DNA of 64,000 nucleotides from Woeseiaceae bacterium. Lineage in GTDB: Bacteria; Pseudomonadota; Gammaproteobacteria; Steroidobacterales; Woeseiaceae. Under the pieces are notes generated by a model. That model searched no databases. It had not been told where the DNA came from and saw only the letters and a program-made list of their open reading frames with translations. The stretch lies in contig DATHRM010000192.1 in assembly GCA_035465295.1 (NCBI GenBank), positions 164 through 64,163 of the forward strand, given 5' to 3'. This document shows, in pieces, positions 1 to 9,646 of the stretch (position 1 is its first letter; every line of letters begins with the position of its first letter). A program made the position numbers and the translations under genes.

Positions 1-209
1 AAGCTACACTTTATGCGACTTCTTTTCGATTTTTCCGCGCAGCTCCCGCCCGCAAATTACACCTGGCCAGTTAACGGCATTTAATCGATTTTTAAAGTTT
101 TTCGATTCTTTTTAGCGGATTTTAAGGGCAGTTAATGCCGAAGGGCGGCCCAAACCGCGGCTTTGCTGCGTGGTCATACGCCTTCCCCGATGTCACCAGG
201 CGCTGTTCA

Positions 210-240
210 TGCCACGGCGGGTGGCACTTTTCCTTATTTT
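210..240 (+). terminator. Terminator-like hairpin TGCCAC-ggcgg-GTGGCA followed by a T-rich tract
   Basis: Perfect 6-bp stem (210-215 / 221-226) with a 5-nt loop, then CTTTTCCTTATTTT. No upstream gene is visible because the window starts at 1. Confidence 0.3.
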
Positions 241-373
241 CTGGATTTTTGAAGATTTTCGGCTATTTTTATGGTTTTTTTACCGAACATCACGTCCGGC
301 CTTCCATGCGATATAACGCGGAGCCCGCCGGCGAAACCACCCTGTATTGCGAGATAGGGTTTTTTAGCGACCG

Positions 374-1396
374 TTAATTGCCATTTAGGCGAACATGGGC
401 ATTTTTAACGGCTGCATGCAGCCGCGACACGCTCAGTTCCTTCAGGCAGCGCAGGTGGCCCAGCGGACAGGTCCGTTCGAAGCAGGGGCTGCATTCGAGA
501 TCGAGCCAGTGGATATCGCGCTCGGCCGTGAGCGGCGGCGTAAACGCCGGCGACGACGACCCGTAGATGCCGTGGACATGGGCGCCGACTGCGGCGGCGA
601 CGTGCATCAGCCCCGAGTCGTTACTGATCGCCTGCTCCGCGTAACCGAGCAGGTCGATGACATCTTCGAGCGACGTTCGCCCGCAGAGGTTCCTGGCGGC
701 ACTCGCCGAGGCAATGCGCTCGCCGGCCGCTGCATCCTTGTCGGAACCGAGCACCCAGACGTCGAAGCCGTCGTTGACCAGCAATGCGGACAGCTCGGCG
801 AAGTAGTCCAGCGGCCAGCACTTCGCGGGCCCGTATTCGGCACCCGGCATCACCGCGACAACGGTGCGCCCGGTGACCAGGCCGAGCGAATCCATGACCG
901 CATTCTGCCGTCGCCGATCGACCGCCAGCGCAGGGTAGGGCACCGGCGGCAACGCTTCGCGGGGCTCGAGGCCGAGCGCAACATAGCGTTTGACCGTCTG
1001 GTCCAGGACGGACTCGTCGAACGGCCGCATGTCGTTGATGAGGCCGTAGCGGGACTCACCGCGAAACCCGGTGCGCGTCGGTATGCGCGCAAACCACGGG
1101 ATCAGCGCCGACTTCAGCGAGCGGGGCAAAACGATGGCTTGCTCGTAGCCCTCGTCCCGCAGCTCGTAGCCGATGCGCCGCCGCTTGCCCAGCGCCAGTT
1201 CCGCGTGCCCGGTCTCCGCAGCAATGCCGCGGCGCACTTCGGGCATGCGCGCGACGATCGGCAGCGACCACGCCGGCGCCAGCACGTCGATCGCAACGGC
1301 GGGCCTGCGTTCTTTCAGCAGGATGAACAGCGCCTGCGCCATCACCATGTCGCCGACCCACGATGGCCCGACGATCAGTGTTGCCGCAGACGTCAT
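374..1396 (-). CDS. waaF: ADP-heptose--LPS heptosyltransferase II
   Basis: N-terminus TLIVGPSWVGDMVMAQAL...APAW...MPEV...RTGFRGESRYGLINDMR aligns with my recollection of E. coli RfaF. I chose the internal ATG at 1396 (MTSAATLIV) because the longer ORF runs into hldD. Confidence 0.88.
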   Translation of the reverse strand: MTSAATLIVGPSWVGDMVMAQALFILLKERRPAVAIDVLAPAWSLPIVARMPEVRRGIAAETGHAELALGKRRRIGYELRDEGYEQAIVLPRSLKSALIPWFARIPTRTGFRGESRYGLINDMRPFDESVLDQTVKRYVALGLEPREALPPVPYPALAVDRRRQNAVMDSLGLVTGRTVVAVMPGAEYGPAKCWPLDYFAELSALLVNDGFDVWVLGSDKDAAAGERIASASAARNLCGRTSLEDVIDLLGYAEQAISNDSGLMHVAAAVGAHVHGIYGSSSPAFTPPLTAERDIHWLDLECSPCFERTCPLGHLRCLKELSVSRLHAAVKNAHVRLNGN

Positions 1397-1401
1397 TCTG
1401 C

Positions 1402-2346
1402 TCAGCCGGAAAGCTGGTCCAGGTAGTCTTTCACGCCCACTTCCACCGGGCGAAATTCGACGTCGCAGCCCGCCTTCCGCAGTTGGGTGAGATCGGCCTC
1501 GGTATAGCTCTGGTACGCGCCCTCGAGATGCGGCGGAAAAGGTATGTAGCGGATGCGGCCCTGCCCGTGCCACCCGATCACGGCGTTGGCGACGTCATTG
1601 AACGTCTGCGCCTTGCCGGTGCCCGCATTGAACACGCCGGAAACGGCGGGGTTGTCGAGAAACCAGAGGTTCACGGCGCAGACGTCGTCCACGTAGACGA
1701 AATCCCGCAGCTGTTCGCCGTCGCCGTATCCGCCGGATCCCTCGAACAGGCGCGCTTCGCCATCCGCGACGACCTGGTTGTTGAAATGAAACGCGACGCT
1801 TGCCATGGAGCCCTTGTGCTGTTCGCGGGGGCCGTAGACGTTGAAATAGCGCAGCCCGACGACCTGGCTCTCCGGGTTGGACGCGACACGGCGCACGTAA
1901 CGGTCGAACTGCAGTTTCGAATACCCGTAGACGTTCAGTGGCAGCTCGTTGTCGGGGTGTTCCGCGAACGCCTGCGATGCGCCGTAAACCGCCGCCGACG
2001 ACGCGTAGACGTACGGGATTTTCCTGCCGAGACAGAAATGCAGCAGGCGCTGCGAATAGCCGTAATTGTTGCGCATCATGTAGCGGCCATCCCATTCGGT
2101 CGTCTCCGAACACGCGCCCTGGTGCAGGATCGCGGTCAACGAGGCGCCGAACGCCGGGTCTTCGTCCAGCCGCTCGATGAACTCGTCCTTGTCGAGGTAA
2201 TCGGCAATCGGCTGGTCCGCGATATTGGCGAACTTGTGACCGTCCTCGAGGTCGTCGACGACGATGACGTCGTCGTGACCGCGCTCGATCAGCGCACGAA
2301 CCAGGTTGCTGCCGATGAAGCCGGCACCGCCGGTCACTACGTGCAT
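1402..2346 (-). CDS. hldD: ADP-L-glycero-D-manno-heptose 6-epimerase
   Basis: [19 protein letters not shown] Rossmann motif, 314 aa, YGYSK catalytic motif, immediately upstream of waaF. Confidence 0.92.
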   Translation of the reverse strand: MHVVTGGAGFIGSNLVRALIERGHDDVIVVDDLEDGHKFANIADQPIADYLDKDEFIERLDEDPAFGASLTAILHQGACSETTEWDGRYMMRNNYGYSQRLLHFCLGRKIPYVYASSAAVYGASQAFAEHPDNELPLNVYGYSKLQFDRYVRRVASNPESQVVGLRYFNVYGPREQHKGSMASVAFHFNNQVVADGEARLFEGSGGYGDGEQLRDFVYVDDVCAVNLWFLDNPAVSGVFNAGTGKAQTFNDVANAVIGWHGQGRIRYIPFPPHLEGAYQSYTEADLTQLRKAGCDVEFRPVEVGVKDYLDQLSG

Positions 2347-2371
2347 GGTTCAGCTCCTCACGCGGACGACG

Positions 2372-2599
2372 CTAACCGCTCTGCTCGAGATAATAGACGG
2401 CACCGCAGTAAGGACACTTCGCCTCGCCCGTTTCCTGCACCGGCAGGTAGACCTTGGGGTGCGAATTCCACAGGTACATTCCCGGCATCGGGCACGACAA
2501 CGGCAGGTCCTGCGGCCGCACCGCATAGCGATGCTCCGCGTTGGCCGGTATCAGGTTCTGGTCGATTGTGCCTGCTCTGGCTGCCACTGGCGGTTCCAT
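2372..2599 (-). CDS. Small zinc-finger domain protein (zf-CHCC / COG4391-like)
   Basis: C-terminal HPKVYLP...KCPYCGAVYYL motif. I took the internal ATG at 2599 because the longer ORF would overlap glnE. Confidence 0.65.
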   Translation of the reverse strand: MEPPVAARAGTIDQNLIPANAEHRYAVRPQDLPLSCPMPGMYLWNSHPKVYLPVQETGEAKCPYCGAVYYLEQSG

Positions 2600-2645
2600 T
2601 GCGTCCGTTGGGATCGCGATTATACGCTGTCGCCCGCGCCGGCCG

Positions 2646-4313
2646 CTACGACCGGTCCCTGCCGAGATACCGCTCCCACACCGCGGCGACGAACGCCCGC
2701 TCGTCGGCAAGCTCGTCGTCGCCGACGAATGGCGGCCGGTCGTTGAGGCTGAGATGGTGCAGGCGGCGACGGAATTCCCGGTAGGCCTCCTGAAGCCGGG
2801 CGGCCGTCTGCACGTCGAGGCGTCCGGCGGACGCCAGCGCCGCGATCTGGCGTATGTTGTCACTGTAGCGGATGACCGCGGGGTACTTGCGGGCGTTGCG
2901 AAGCACCAGGTATTGCACGATGAACTCGATGTCGCCGATGCCCCCGCGTCCGTGCTTGAGATCGAAGCGGCCGGTCTCGCTGCGGTCGAGTTCCTTGCGC
3001 ATGCGTGTGCGCATTGACACCACGTCGTCCTGCAGCGCGTCGAGCCTGACGCGCGCCATCAGCGTCTGCGCGCGAATACGCGCGAAGTCCGTCGCCACCG
3101 CGGCGCTGCCGGCAACCGGCCGCGCGCGCAGCAGGGCCTGGTGCTCCCAGGTCCAGGCGTTTTCCTCCTGGTAACGCTCGAACGCGTCCGTGCTCGTAAC
3201 CAGCACCCCCTTGCGGCCCTCCGGCCGCAGACGCGTATCGATCTCGTACATAACGCCGGAACTGGTCTGGGTCGTCAGGAAATGCACCAGGCGCCGCACC
3301 AGGCGGCCGAAGAAAATCGCGTTGTCGAGCGGCTTCTCGCCGTCCGTCGTCTGCCGGCCGCCCTTCGAGTCGTGCAGGAACACGAGATCGAGATCCGAAC
3401 CGTAGGACAATTCGAGGCCGCCGAGCTTGCCGTAGCCGATTACGCCGAAACCGGCGGGGCGGCGCTCGCCGTCGATCTCGTAATGCGGCGCGCCGTGTTT
3501 GGCGGTGAGATCGAGCCAGGCGGAGTCCAGTGCATACTCGAGTACCGTTTCCGCGAGGAAGGTCAGGCTGTCGCTGACCTTCATGATGGGCAGGGAGCCG
3601 CTGAAATCCGCGACCGCTATGCGGAACAGGTTCGCGCGCTGGAACTGCGCGAGCGTCTCCATCCGGCTTTCGCTGTCTGCGTCCTGCAGGGGGGCAAAAC
3701 GGCTCGCGAGTTCGGCCTCGAATTCGGCTTTCTCGATGCGCTCCGTCTCGACGCGCGGCTCGAGCAGCTCGTCGAGCAGCACCGGGTAGCGCGCAATCTG
3801 CGCCGCGACATAGGAACTGCTTTCGCAGAGCTGCACGAGGCGCCGCGTGGCGAGCAGGTTCTCGTTGAGGAGCGACACGTAGGCACTGCGGCGGAGAACC
3901 CTGTTGATCACCGACAGCGTCCTGTCCAGCGCAAGCAGGGGTTCGTGACACTCGACCACCAGCGCGATCAGCCGCGGCATGAAACGCGCCAGGCGTTCGC
4001 TCGAGATTGCGTCGATCTTCAGTGTCGAGGGTGCGTGCTGAAAAGCCGACAGGGATTCGGCGAGCGCGGCCGCATCCTTCTGGCCCGACAACGCCCTCTC
4101 CCATTCGCCGGCCGTGGCGCCGCTGTTCCAGAGCGCCTCGAAGCGCTGCTCGAGTTCGCCGTCGGTGTCGAAGTCCCCTTCGCGGAAAGCGATCGCTTCG
4201 AACTCGCGGGTAACGTTGGCCCGATGCGCGTCGATATCGCGCACCAGCGACGCCCAGTCGCCGTAGCCCATGGCGACGCACAGTCGTTCGCGGTCGATTT
4301 CATCCGTCGGCAA
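2646..4313 (-). CDS. glnE: Glutamine synthetase adenylyltransferase, C-terminal (adenylyltransferase) portion
   Basis: A second GlnE nucleotidyltransferase repeat (GYGKLGGLELSYGSDLDLVFLHD). It is in the same frame as 4323-5531 and separated from it only by a TAG at 4323-4325. The track start at 4313 is a TTG. Confidence 0.85.
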   Translation of the reverse strand: MPTDEIDRERLCVAMGYGDWASLVRDIDAHRANVTREFEAIAFREGDFDTDGELEQRFEALWNSGATAGEWERALSGQKDAAALAESLSAFQHAPSTLKIDAISSERLARFMPRLIALVVECHEPLLALDRTLSVINRVLRRSAYVSLLNENLLATRRLVQLCESSSYVAAQIARYPVLLDELLEPRVETERIEKAEFEAELASRFAPLQDADSESRMETLAQFQRANLFRIAVADFSGSLPIMKVSDSLTFLAETVLEYALDSAWLDLTAKHGAPHYEIDGERRPAGFGVIGYGKLGGLELSYGSDLDLVFLHDSKGGRQTTDGEKPLDNAIFFGRLVRRLVHFLTTQTSSGVMYEIDTRLRPEGRKGVLVTSTDAFERYQEENAWTWEHQALLRARPVAGSAAVATDFARIRAQTLMARVRLDALQDDVVSMRTRMRKELDRSETGRFDLKHGRGGIGDIEFIVQYLVLRNARKYPAVIRYSDNIRQIAALASAGRLDVQTAARLQEAYREFRRRLHHLSLNDRPPFVGDDELADERAFVAAVWERYLGRDRS

Positions 4314-4322
4314 GTCGTGTAC

Positions 4323-5531
4323 CTACTGGTCGCGCATCGCCTGGATGAAATTCTCGAGACGGCGCAGAAACACGTAGGCTTCCCGCAGCCGCGTGACGGT
4401 GCTCCGGTCCAGTCCCCGCCCGCCGACGAGCTCGGGCAACACGCGCAACAACGACGGTCCCCGCAGTTTTTCGCGATGACCGCCGCGGACGAGCTGCATG
4501 GACTGCACGATGAACTCGATCTCGCGAATGCCGCCGGGCCCGAGCTTGATATTGTCAGCGAGGTCCCGCCGCTTGACCTCCGCAGCAATCAGCGCATGCA
4601 TGTCCCGCAGCGACTCGAAGACCCCGTAATCGAGGTAGCGTCTGTACACGAATGGCTCGATAAGCTGCTCGAACAGTTCGCTGGCGACGTCGGGCGGCGG
4701 CGGCTGACCGACGATTCGGGCCTTGATGTACGCATAGCGCTCCCAGTCGCGGCCATGCTGCAACAGGTAGGATTCGAGCGCTGCAAAACTGGTCACCGGC
4801 GGCCCGCTGTCGCCGAACGGCCGCAGACGCGTATCGACCCGGAACACGAAACCGTCGGCGGTCCGCTCGTCCAGCAGCCCGACGATCATCTGCGACAGGC
4901 GCGTGAAGTATTGCTGGCCGCGGAGCTTCCGCGCGCCGTCGCTTTCGCCATCTGCCGGGTACAGGAACACGATGTCGATGTCGGAGGAAAAGTTGAGTTC
5001 GCCGCCACCCAGTTTCCCCATGGCCAGCACGACCAGTGGCGTCAACTCGCCGCTTCGATCCCTGAAGCGACCGTAGCGTTGTGCAAGCTGCGCTTCGGCA
5101 TAACGGCCTGCGGCCGCCAGCATCTGGTCGGCAAGCACCGACAGCGATTCCAGCGTCTCGGTGAGCGTCGCCGTGCCCGCAACCTCGCGCCACAAGACGC
5201 CCAGCATGTAACGCTGCCTGAAGCGGCGCAGGCGCGACTTCACGTCGTCGAGGTCGGCCTCGCCGCTGCCGACCTCGTCGGCAAACGTGCGCAGCGGCTG
5301 AGGATCGGGCGGCGCCGAGAGTTGCTCCAGCCGGCCCCGCCAGTAGTCCCAGTCGCGCAGCAGCGCATTGCCCGCAAACTCGCTTACGGCGACGACGCGG
5401 AGCAGCTGATCCTCGACATCCCCCGCCAGGTCCACGGCCCCGTGTGCCTCCTCCAGCCGGTCGAACCAGCGGGACACGCCCGGGCGCAGGGCCTCCGGCA
5501 GCCATCCCGGCTTGTCGTCGTGAACAGTCAT
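4323..5531 (-). CDS. glnE: Glutamine synthetase adenylyltransferase, N-terminal (adenylyl-removing) portion
   Basis: AMGKLGGGELNFSSDIDIVFLY nucleotidyltransferase motif. It ends ...LRRLENFIQAMRDQ-TAG, inside the conserved linker segment. Confidence 0.85.
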   Translation of the reverse strand: MTVHDDKPGWLPEALRPGVSRWFDRLEEAHGAVDLAGDVEDQLLRVVAVSEFAGNALLRDWDYWRGRLEQLSAPPDPQPLRTFADEVGSGEADLDDVKSRLRRFRQRYMLGVLWREVAGTATLTETLESLSVLADQMLAAAGRYAEAQLAQRYGRFRDRSGELTPLVVLAMGKLGGGELNFSSDIDIVFLYPADGESDGARKLRGQQYFTRLSQMIVGLLDERTADGFVFRVDTRLRPFGDSGPPVTSFAALESYLLQHGRDWERYAYIKARIVGQPPPPDVASELFEQLIEPFVYRRYLDYGVFESLRDMHALIAAEVKRRDLADNIKLGPGGIREIEFIVQSMQLVRGGHREKLRGPSLLRVLPELVGGRGLDRSTVTRLREAYVFLRRLENFIQAMRDQ

Positions 5532-5602
5532 CGCCTGCAGTCTAGCGAAAGTGCGGGCACCGTCGCGATAAACTGTCGGTCCCGGCAGCCGCGCAACAGG
5601 CC

Positions 5603-6073
5603 ATGTCTGACAACAAACACCTGCTGATCGTCCATCACTCGCAATCGGGCACGACCTCGCAGATGGCGGAGGCCGTCATCCGCGGAGCGCGGAGCCCCGA
5701 GGTCGGTAATGTCGAGGTGCGTACCCGCACCGCGCTCGAAGCGACCGCCGCGGACCTGCTGTGGTGCGACGCTTTCATACTCGGCACGCCGGAGAACTTC
5801 GGCTACATGAGCGGCGCGATGAAATACTTTCTCGACCGCAGTTATTACGAATGCCTGGACAGGATCGATGGGCGCCCCTATGCGCTCTTCGTGCGTGCCG
5901 GCAATGACGGCACAGGAGCCATCGCGAGCCTGCAGCGGATACTCAAGGGACTGGCCGTCAGGGAAGTACAGGATCCCGTGCTGATCGCCGGAGAATTCGA
6001 CGCGACGCGCCTCGTCGAGTGCGAGGAACTGGGAATGACCATGGCGGCCGGCCTGGAAGCCGGCGTGTTCTGA
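5603..6073 (+). CDS. Flavodoxin-like fold / NAD(P)H-dependent FMN reductase family protein
   Basis: LLIVHHSQSGTTSQMAE flavodoxin-type N-terminus and ...ILGTPENFGYMSGAMKYFLD, 156 aa. Confidence 0.7.
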   Translation: MSDNKHLLIVHHSQSGTTSQMAEAVIRGARSPEVGNVEVRTRTALEATAADLLWCDAFILGTPENFGYMSGAMKYFLDRSYYECLDRIDGRPYALFVRAGNDGTGAIASLQRILKGLAVREVQDPVLIAGEFDATRLVECEELGMTMAAGLEAGVF

Positions 6074-6074
6074 C

Positions 6075-8330
6075 TCAGGCGGTCGAGGTTTTCACGCGCA
6101 CGGAGAGATCTGCCAGCACGTCCTCGAGCGGAATCGGCTTGCCGATTGCGTGCCCCTGCGCGTAGTGCACGCCGAGATCGGCAACCAGCTTGCGCGTCTT
6201 TTCGTTCTCGACGTATTCCGCGACCGTTTCGAGCTCCATGACCTTCGCGACCTGCGTAATAGCCGCGACCATCGATTCCGAGATGCGGTTGACCGAGATG
6301 TCGCGAATGAATCCGCCGTCGATCTTGAGGATGTCTACGGCAAAGTTCTTGAGGTAAGCAAACGAGCTGAGGCCGGCGCCGAAGTCGTCGAGCGCAATGC
6401 TGCAGCCGCGGTCGCGCAACGCGGTGATGAATTCCTGCGCTTTCGCCAGGTTGGAGACGGCCGCAGACTCCGTTACCTCGAACCCGAGTGATCTGGCGGG
6501 CAACCCGGCCTCTTCGATTTCCTGCTCGATGAACTCCAGGATATCGTCGTCCGAGAGCGACTGTCCCGAGAGGTTCACGGAAAAGACGGCCTCCGCGTCG
6601 CGAACGACCTCCGGGTGCTCCGCGAGACTCGCGATCGTCTTCGAGACGACCCAGCGATCGACCTGCGGCATCAGCTGGTAACGCTCCGCCGCGGAAAAGA
6701 ACGCCGATGAGGGCACGGCGCTGCCCGCATCGTCTTTCATGCGCAGCAATATTTCGTAACGCGGCACGTCGGGCAGGCCCGTCAGGCTCGAAATCGGTTG
6801 TGCCATCAGTGCGAACCCGTCGGAATCCAGCGTCTGCTGGATCTGCGCCACGAGCTGCATGTCATCGTGACGGCGGATGATGCTGTGATTCTGTTCGTCG
6901 TACACCTCGATTCGGTCGCGGCCGTGATCCTTTGCCGCTTCGCAGGCCATGCGCGCCGCGGTGAGCGACGCTCCCTCGTCGCCGGAGCGCCGATTGAACT
7001 CGGCAACGCCGATGCTGATGGTAATCTGCAGCGACTTGTCGCCTTCGAGGTAGCGCAGTGACTGTCCTTTCTCCCGGACCTGTTGAGCGAGTTCCAGCCC
7101 CGCTTCTGCGTCGGCGTGCGTCAGCAGGATGCAGAAGTCGTCACCGGTCAGGCGCGACAACACGGCGCTGCGCGGCAGGTCGTTGTCGAGCATCCGGGCG
7201 AAGCGCATGATGACTTCGTCACCGGCCCTGCGCCCGAAGGTATCGTTGACGAGCTGCAGGTTATCGAGGTCGAAATAGATGATCTGGTGCGCGTCATTAC
7301 CGGATTCGAGGCTTTTCCAAGCTTCGTGCATTTGCGCCTCGAAGCCCGAGCGATTCATCAGCCCGGTCATGGCGTCGAACGACTTCTCGATCACGTACTC
7401 GACTTTGCGCACGATGTGCGACATGAAGCGCCGGTGCGCGGTGGTGAACGGCTCGCCGTTGACGCGGCTCAGCAACGCGAGCATGCCCTCGACGTTGCCC
7501 TGCTGGTCCATGACCGGGCAGAGCAGGGTCTGGTAGCCCTTGTCGGCAATACTCTCTCCGCCCTGCACCTCCGGAATCTCGAACACGACGGGCGCGCGCT
7601 TGCTGTCGAGCTTGGGCAACATGTGGTCGATCAGGTAGCGATCCATGGCCCGGCGATTGACCTCTTTCCAGCTCGAATGCGTAGCGCTGATACGAATGCG
7701 CTTCGCAGGCATCAACAGCACGCTGTAGGCGATGCCGAGGAACCGGCCGCTCTGGCCGACAAGCTGTGCCAGGCTGGCGTGGCTGCGCGACTGGCCGTGG
7801 ATCTTCTCGTCGACCTCGTAGACGAGCTTGAGTTCTTTTTCCACGTCCCTGGCCTGCGTACGCGCATCCTGCAACTCGTGGTCGACACTGAGGCCCTCTG
7901 CGATCAGTGCCACGGCCGGTGCGAGGATGTCGTTGAGCAGGCTAGGATTGAACCAGGATGACTTGCCGGCATTCCGTGAGAACACCACGACCAGGAACCC
8001 GAGTGCCTCGCCTGCGTCGACGAGTACGGGGAGCACCAGCAGCGTGCGGCCGGACTTCAGCGTGCGGCGCACGAACTCGTGTTCGGGATGATCGGCGAGC
8101 AGCAGGTCGCCATGCAGTTCGGCGAGGAATTCGTTGACCTCGTAGTCGTCGGCGCCGTCGCTGCTCCAGATACAGCTTCGGTCGAGGCCGTAGAAGCAGA
8201 AGCACTGCGCGCGCGGTACCAGCGACTGCAGCAGGTCGGCTGCTTTGCCGATAGTATCTCTTGCTGTAAGGCTGTGGATGTCGGCTGGCACGGCAGCTTC
8301 CGTGGCGAACAAGGCTTTACACAATGCCAT
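6075..8330 (-). CDS. GAF-GGDEF-EAL signalling protein, probably a c-di-GMP phosphodiesterase
   Basis: GGDEF position reads RLTGDDF (degenerate). The EAL domain looks intact (YEILLRM, FEVTES, ALDDFGAGLSSFAYL, KIDGGF). N-terminal GAF-like regions are present. Confidence 0.88.
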   Translation of the reverse strand: MALCKALFATEAAVPADIHSLTARDTIGKAADLLQSLVPRAQCFCFYGLDRSCIWSSDGADDYEVNEFLAELHGDLLLADHPEHEFVRRTLKSGRTLLVLPVLVDAGEALGFLVVVFSRNAGKSSWFNPSLLNDILAPAVALIAEGLSVDHELQDARTQARDVEKELKLVYEVDEKIHGQSRSHASLAQLVGQSGRFLGIAYSVLLMPAKRIRISATHSSWKEVNRRAMDRYLIDHMLPKLDSKRAPVVFEIPEVQGGESIADKGYQTLLCPVMDQQGNVEGMLALLSRVNGEPFTTAHRRFMSHIVRKVEYVIEKSFDAMTGLMNRSGFEAQMHEAWKSLESGNDAHQIIYFDLDNLQLVNDTFGRRAGDEVIMRFARMLDNDLPRSAVLSRLTGDDFCILLTHADAEAGLELAQQVREKGQSLRYLEGDKSLQITISIGVAEFNRRSGDEGASLTAARMACEAAKDHGRDRIEVYDEQNHSIIRRHDDMQLVAQIQQTLDSDGFALMAQPISSLTGLPDVPRYEILLRMKDDAGSAVPSSAFFSAAERYQLMPQVDRWVVSKTIASLAEHPEVVRDAEAVFSVNLSGQSLSDDDILEFIEQEIEEAGLPARSLGFEVTESAAVSNLAKAQEFITALRDRGCSIALDDFGAGLSSFAYLKNFAVDILKIDGGFIRDISVNRISESMVAAITQVAKVMELETVAEYVENEKTRKLVADLGVHYAQGHAIGKPIPLEDVLADLSVRVKTSTA

Positions 8331-8425
8331 TCGCAGCCACGGGAGGCTGTGATTCAGGTCTCAGCAGACACTATTTTTTTGTGTTGTTTCAGTTCATTAC
8401 GTGCAAATGGACCGCCGAATCCGGT

Positions 8426-9379
8426 TCACAGGGCGGCCAGCCACGCGTCGTCGGAGCCCTCTTCGACGCCTTCGAAGAGCGGCGTCGACAGGTAGCGCTC
8501 CCCGGTATCCGGCAGCATCGCCAGGATGACCGAACCGTCGGTCGCATTGTCGGCCACGTCGAGCGCCGTCGCGAGCGTCGCGCCCGCCGAAATTCCGGCA
8601 AAGATGCCCTCTTTTACAGCCAGCTCGCGCGCGACCTCGATCGCGCGATCGTCGGTTACCGACATCAGCTCGTCGAAGATCTCGCGATCCAGCACGTCGG
8701 GAATGAAATCCGGCGTCCAGCCCTGGATCTTGTGCGGGTTCCAGTCCTCGCCCTTCAGGAGCGCCGCACCGGCGGGCTCCGTCGCCACGATGGTGACCTC
8801 CGGCCGGGCCGCCTTGATGGTGCGCCCGGCGCCCGACATCGTGCCGCCGGTGCCATAACCGGTCACCCAGAAGTCCAGGCGCCGGCCTGCAAAATCTCTC
8901 AGGATCTCCGGGCCGGTCGTGCTGGCATGGTATTCCGGGTTGGAGGGGTTCTCGAACTGCCGCGCCAGGAACCAGCCGTGTTCCGCCGCGAGTTCCTCGG
9001 CTTTCCTGACCATTCCCGAGCCGCGCTCGGCCGCCGGCGTCAGGATGACCTTCGCGCCGAGTCCGCGCATGATCTTGCGGCGCTCGACGGAAAACGAGTC
9101 CGCCATGGTCGCGACGAACGGATGCCCGGTGGCGGCACAGACCATCGCCAGCGCGATTCCGGTATTGCCCGACGTCGCTTCGACGACCGTCTGTCCCGGC
9201 TCCAGCTCGCCGGATTCCTGCGCATCGTTGACGATAGCGAAGGCGAGCCGGTCCTTGACCGACGCCATCGGGTTGAAAGACTCGACCTTGACGTAGATCT
9301 CCACGTTGTCCGGGCCCATGCGGTTCAGCCGCACGACCGGAGTGTTGCCGATGGTCTGCAGAATATTGTCGTAGATCAT
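8426..9379 (-). CDS. cysK: Cysteine synthase A (O-acetylserine sulfhydrylase)
   Basis: IGNTPVVRLNR...KVESFNPMASVKDR...TSGNTGIALA PLP-enzyme motifs, 317 aa. Confidence 0.92.
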   Translation of the reverse strand: MIYDNILQTIGNTPVVRLNRMGPDNVEIYVKVESFNPMASVKDRLAFAIVNDAQESGELEPGQTVVEATSGNTGIALAMVCAATGHPFVATMADSFSVERRKIMRGLGAKVILTPAAERGSGMVRKAEELAAEHGWFLARQFENPSNPEYHASTTGPEILRDFAGRRLDFWVTGYGTGGTMSGAGRTIKAARPEVTIVATEPAGAALLKGEDWNPHKIQGWTPDFIPDVLDREIFDELMSVTDDRAIEVARELAVKEGIFAGISAGATLATALDVADNATDGSVILAMLPDTGERYLSTPLFEGVEEGSDDAWLAAL

Positions 9380-9646
9380 CCTTTTGGTCCCCGTTGCCTA
9401 TGTGCAGTCCTGTGTATAGCAGAAAAATCCCCGGTTTCACCGCCCACCCGATAAATCAGTTATCTCGGTCCTTATGCCTTTGTGTTATATGTAAGGCGGG
9501 TGGCGGGGGCTTTCCGCACCGGAAACCGGCTTTTTTTCGGGCGCATCGAAAAATCTTAGACAAATGCGTTATTTGCGGCGATTTCGGAAACGAACACGAA
9601 TAACCGTGGTCATAAATTTGAAATCGCAGGCGTTGTTATCGCTCGG

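Noticed and set aside
222-237. TGGCAC hexamer that could be a sigma-54 -24 box
   Set aside because: The -12 position reads TA rather than GC, and the hexamer is simply the 3' arm of the 210-226 hairpin.
135-377. 80-aa ORF in the AT-rich leader
   Set aside because: It has no SD, an odd Phe/Gly-rich composition driven by T-tracts, and it spans two terminator-like hairpins. It is probably non-coding.
1363-2784. 473-aa plus-strand ORF
   Set aside because: It is antisense to hldD and the zinc-finger gene, and its composition is low-complexity.
3141-5627. 828-aa plus-strand ORF
   Set aside because: It lies entirely antisense to glnE. The product is Arg/Ala/Gly/Pro-rich and low-complexity with no motifs. 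This is a typical shadow ORF of high-GC coding DNA.
9511-9537. Hairpin TTTCCG-cac-CGGAAA / CCGG-aaa-CCGG followed by T7 between cysK and cysB
   Set aside because: The stems are short (4-6 bp) with very small loops, and no upstream plus-strand transcription unit is evident. It is more likely part of the AT-rich CysB-binding and promoter region than a terminator or sRNA.
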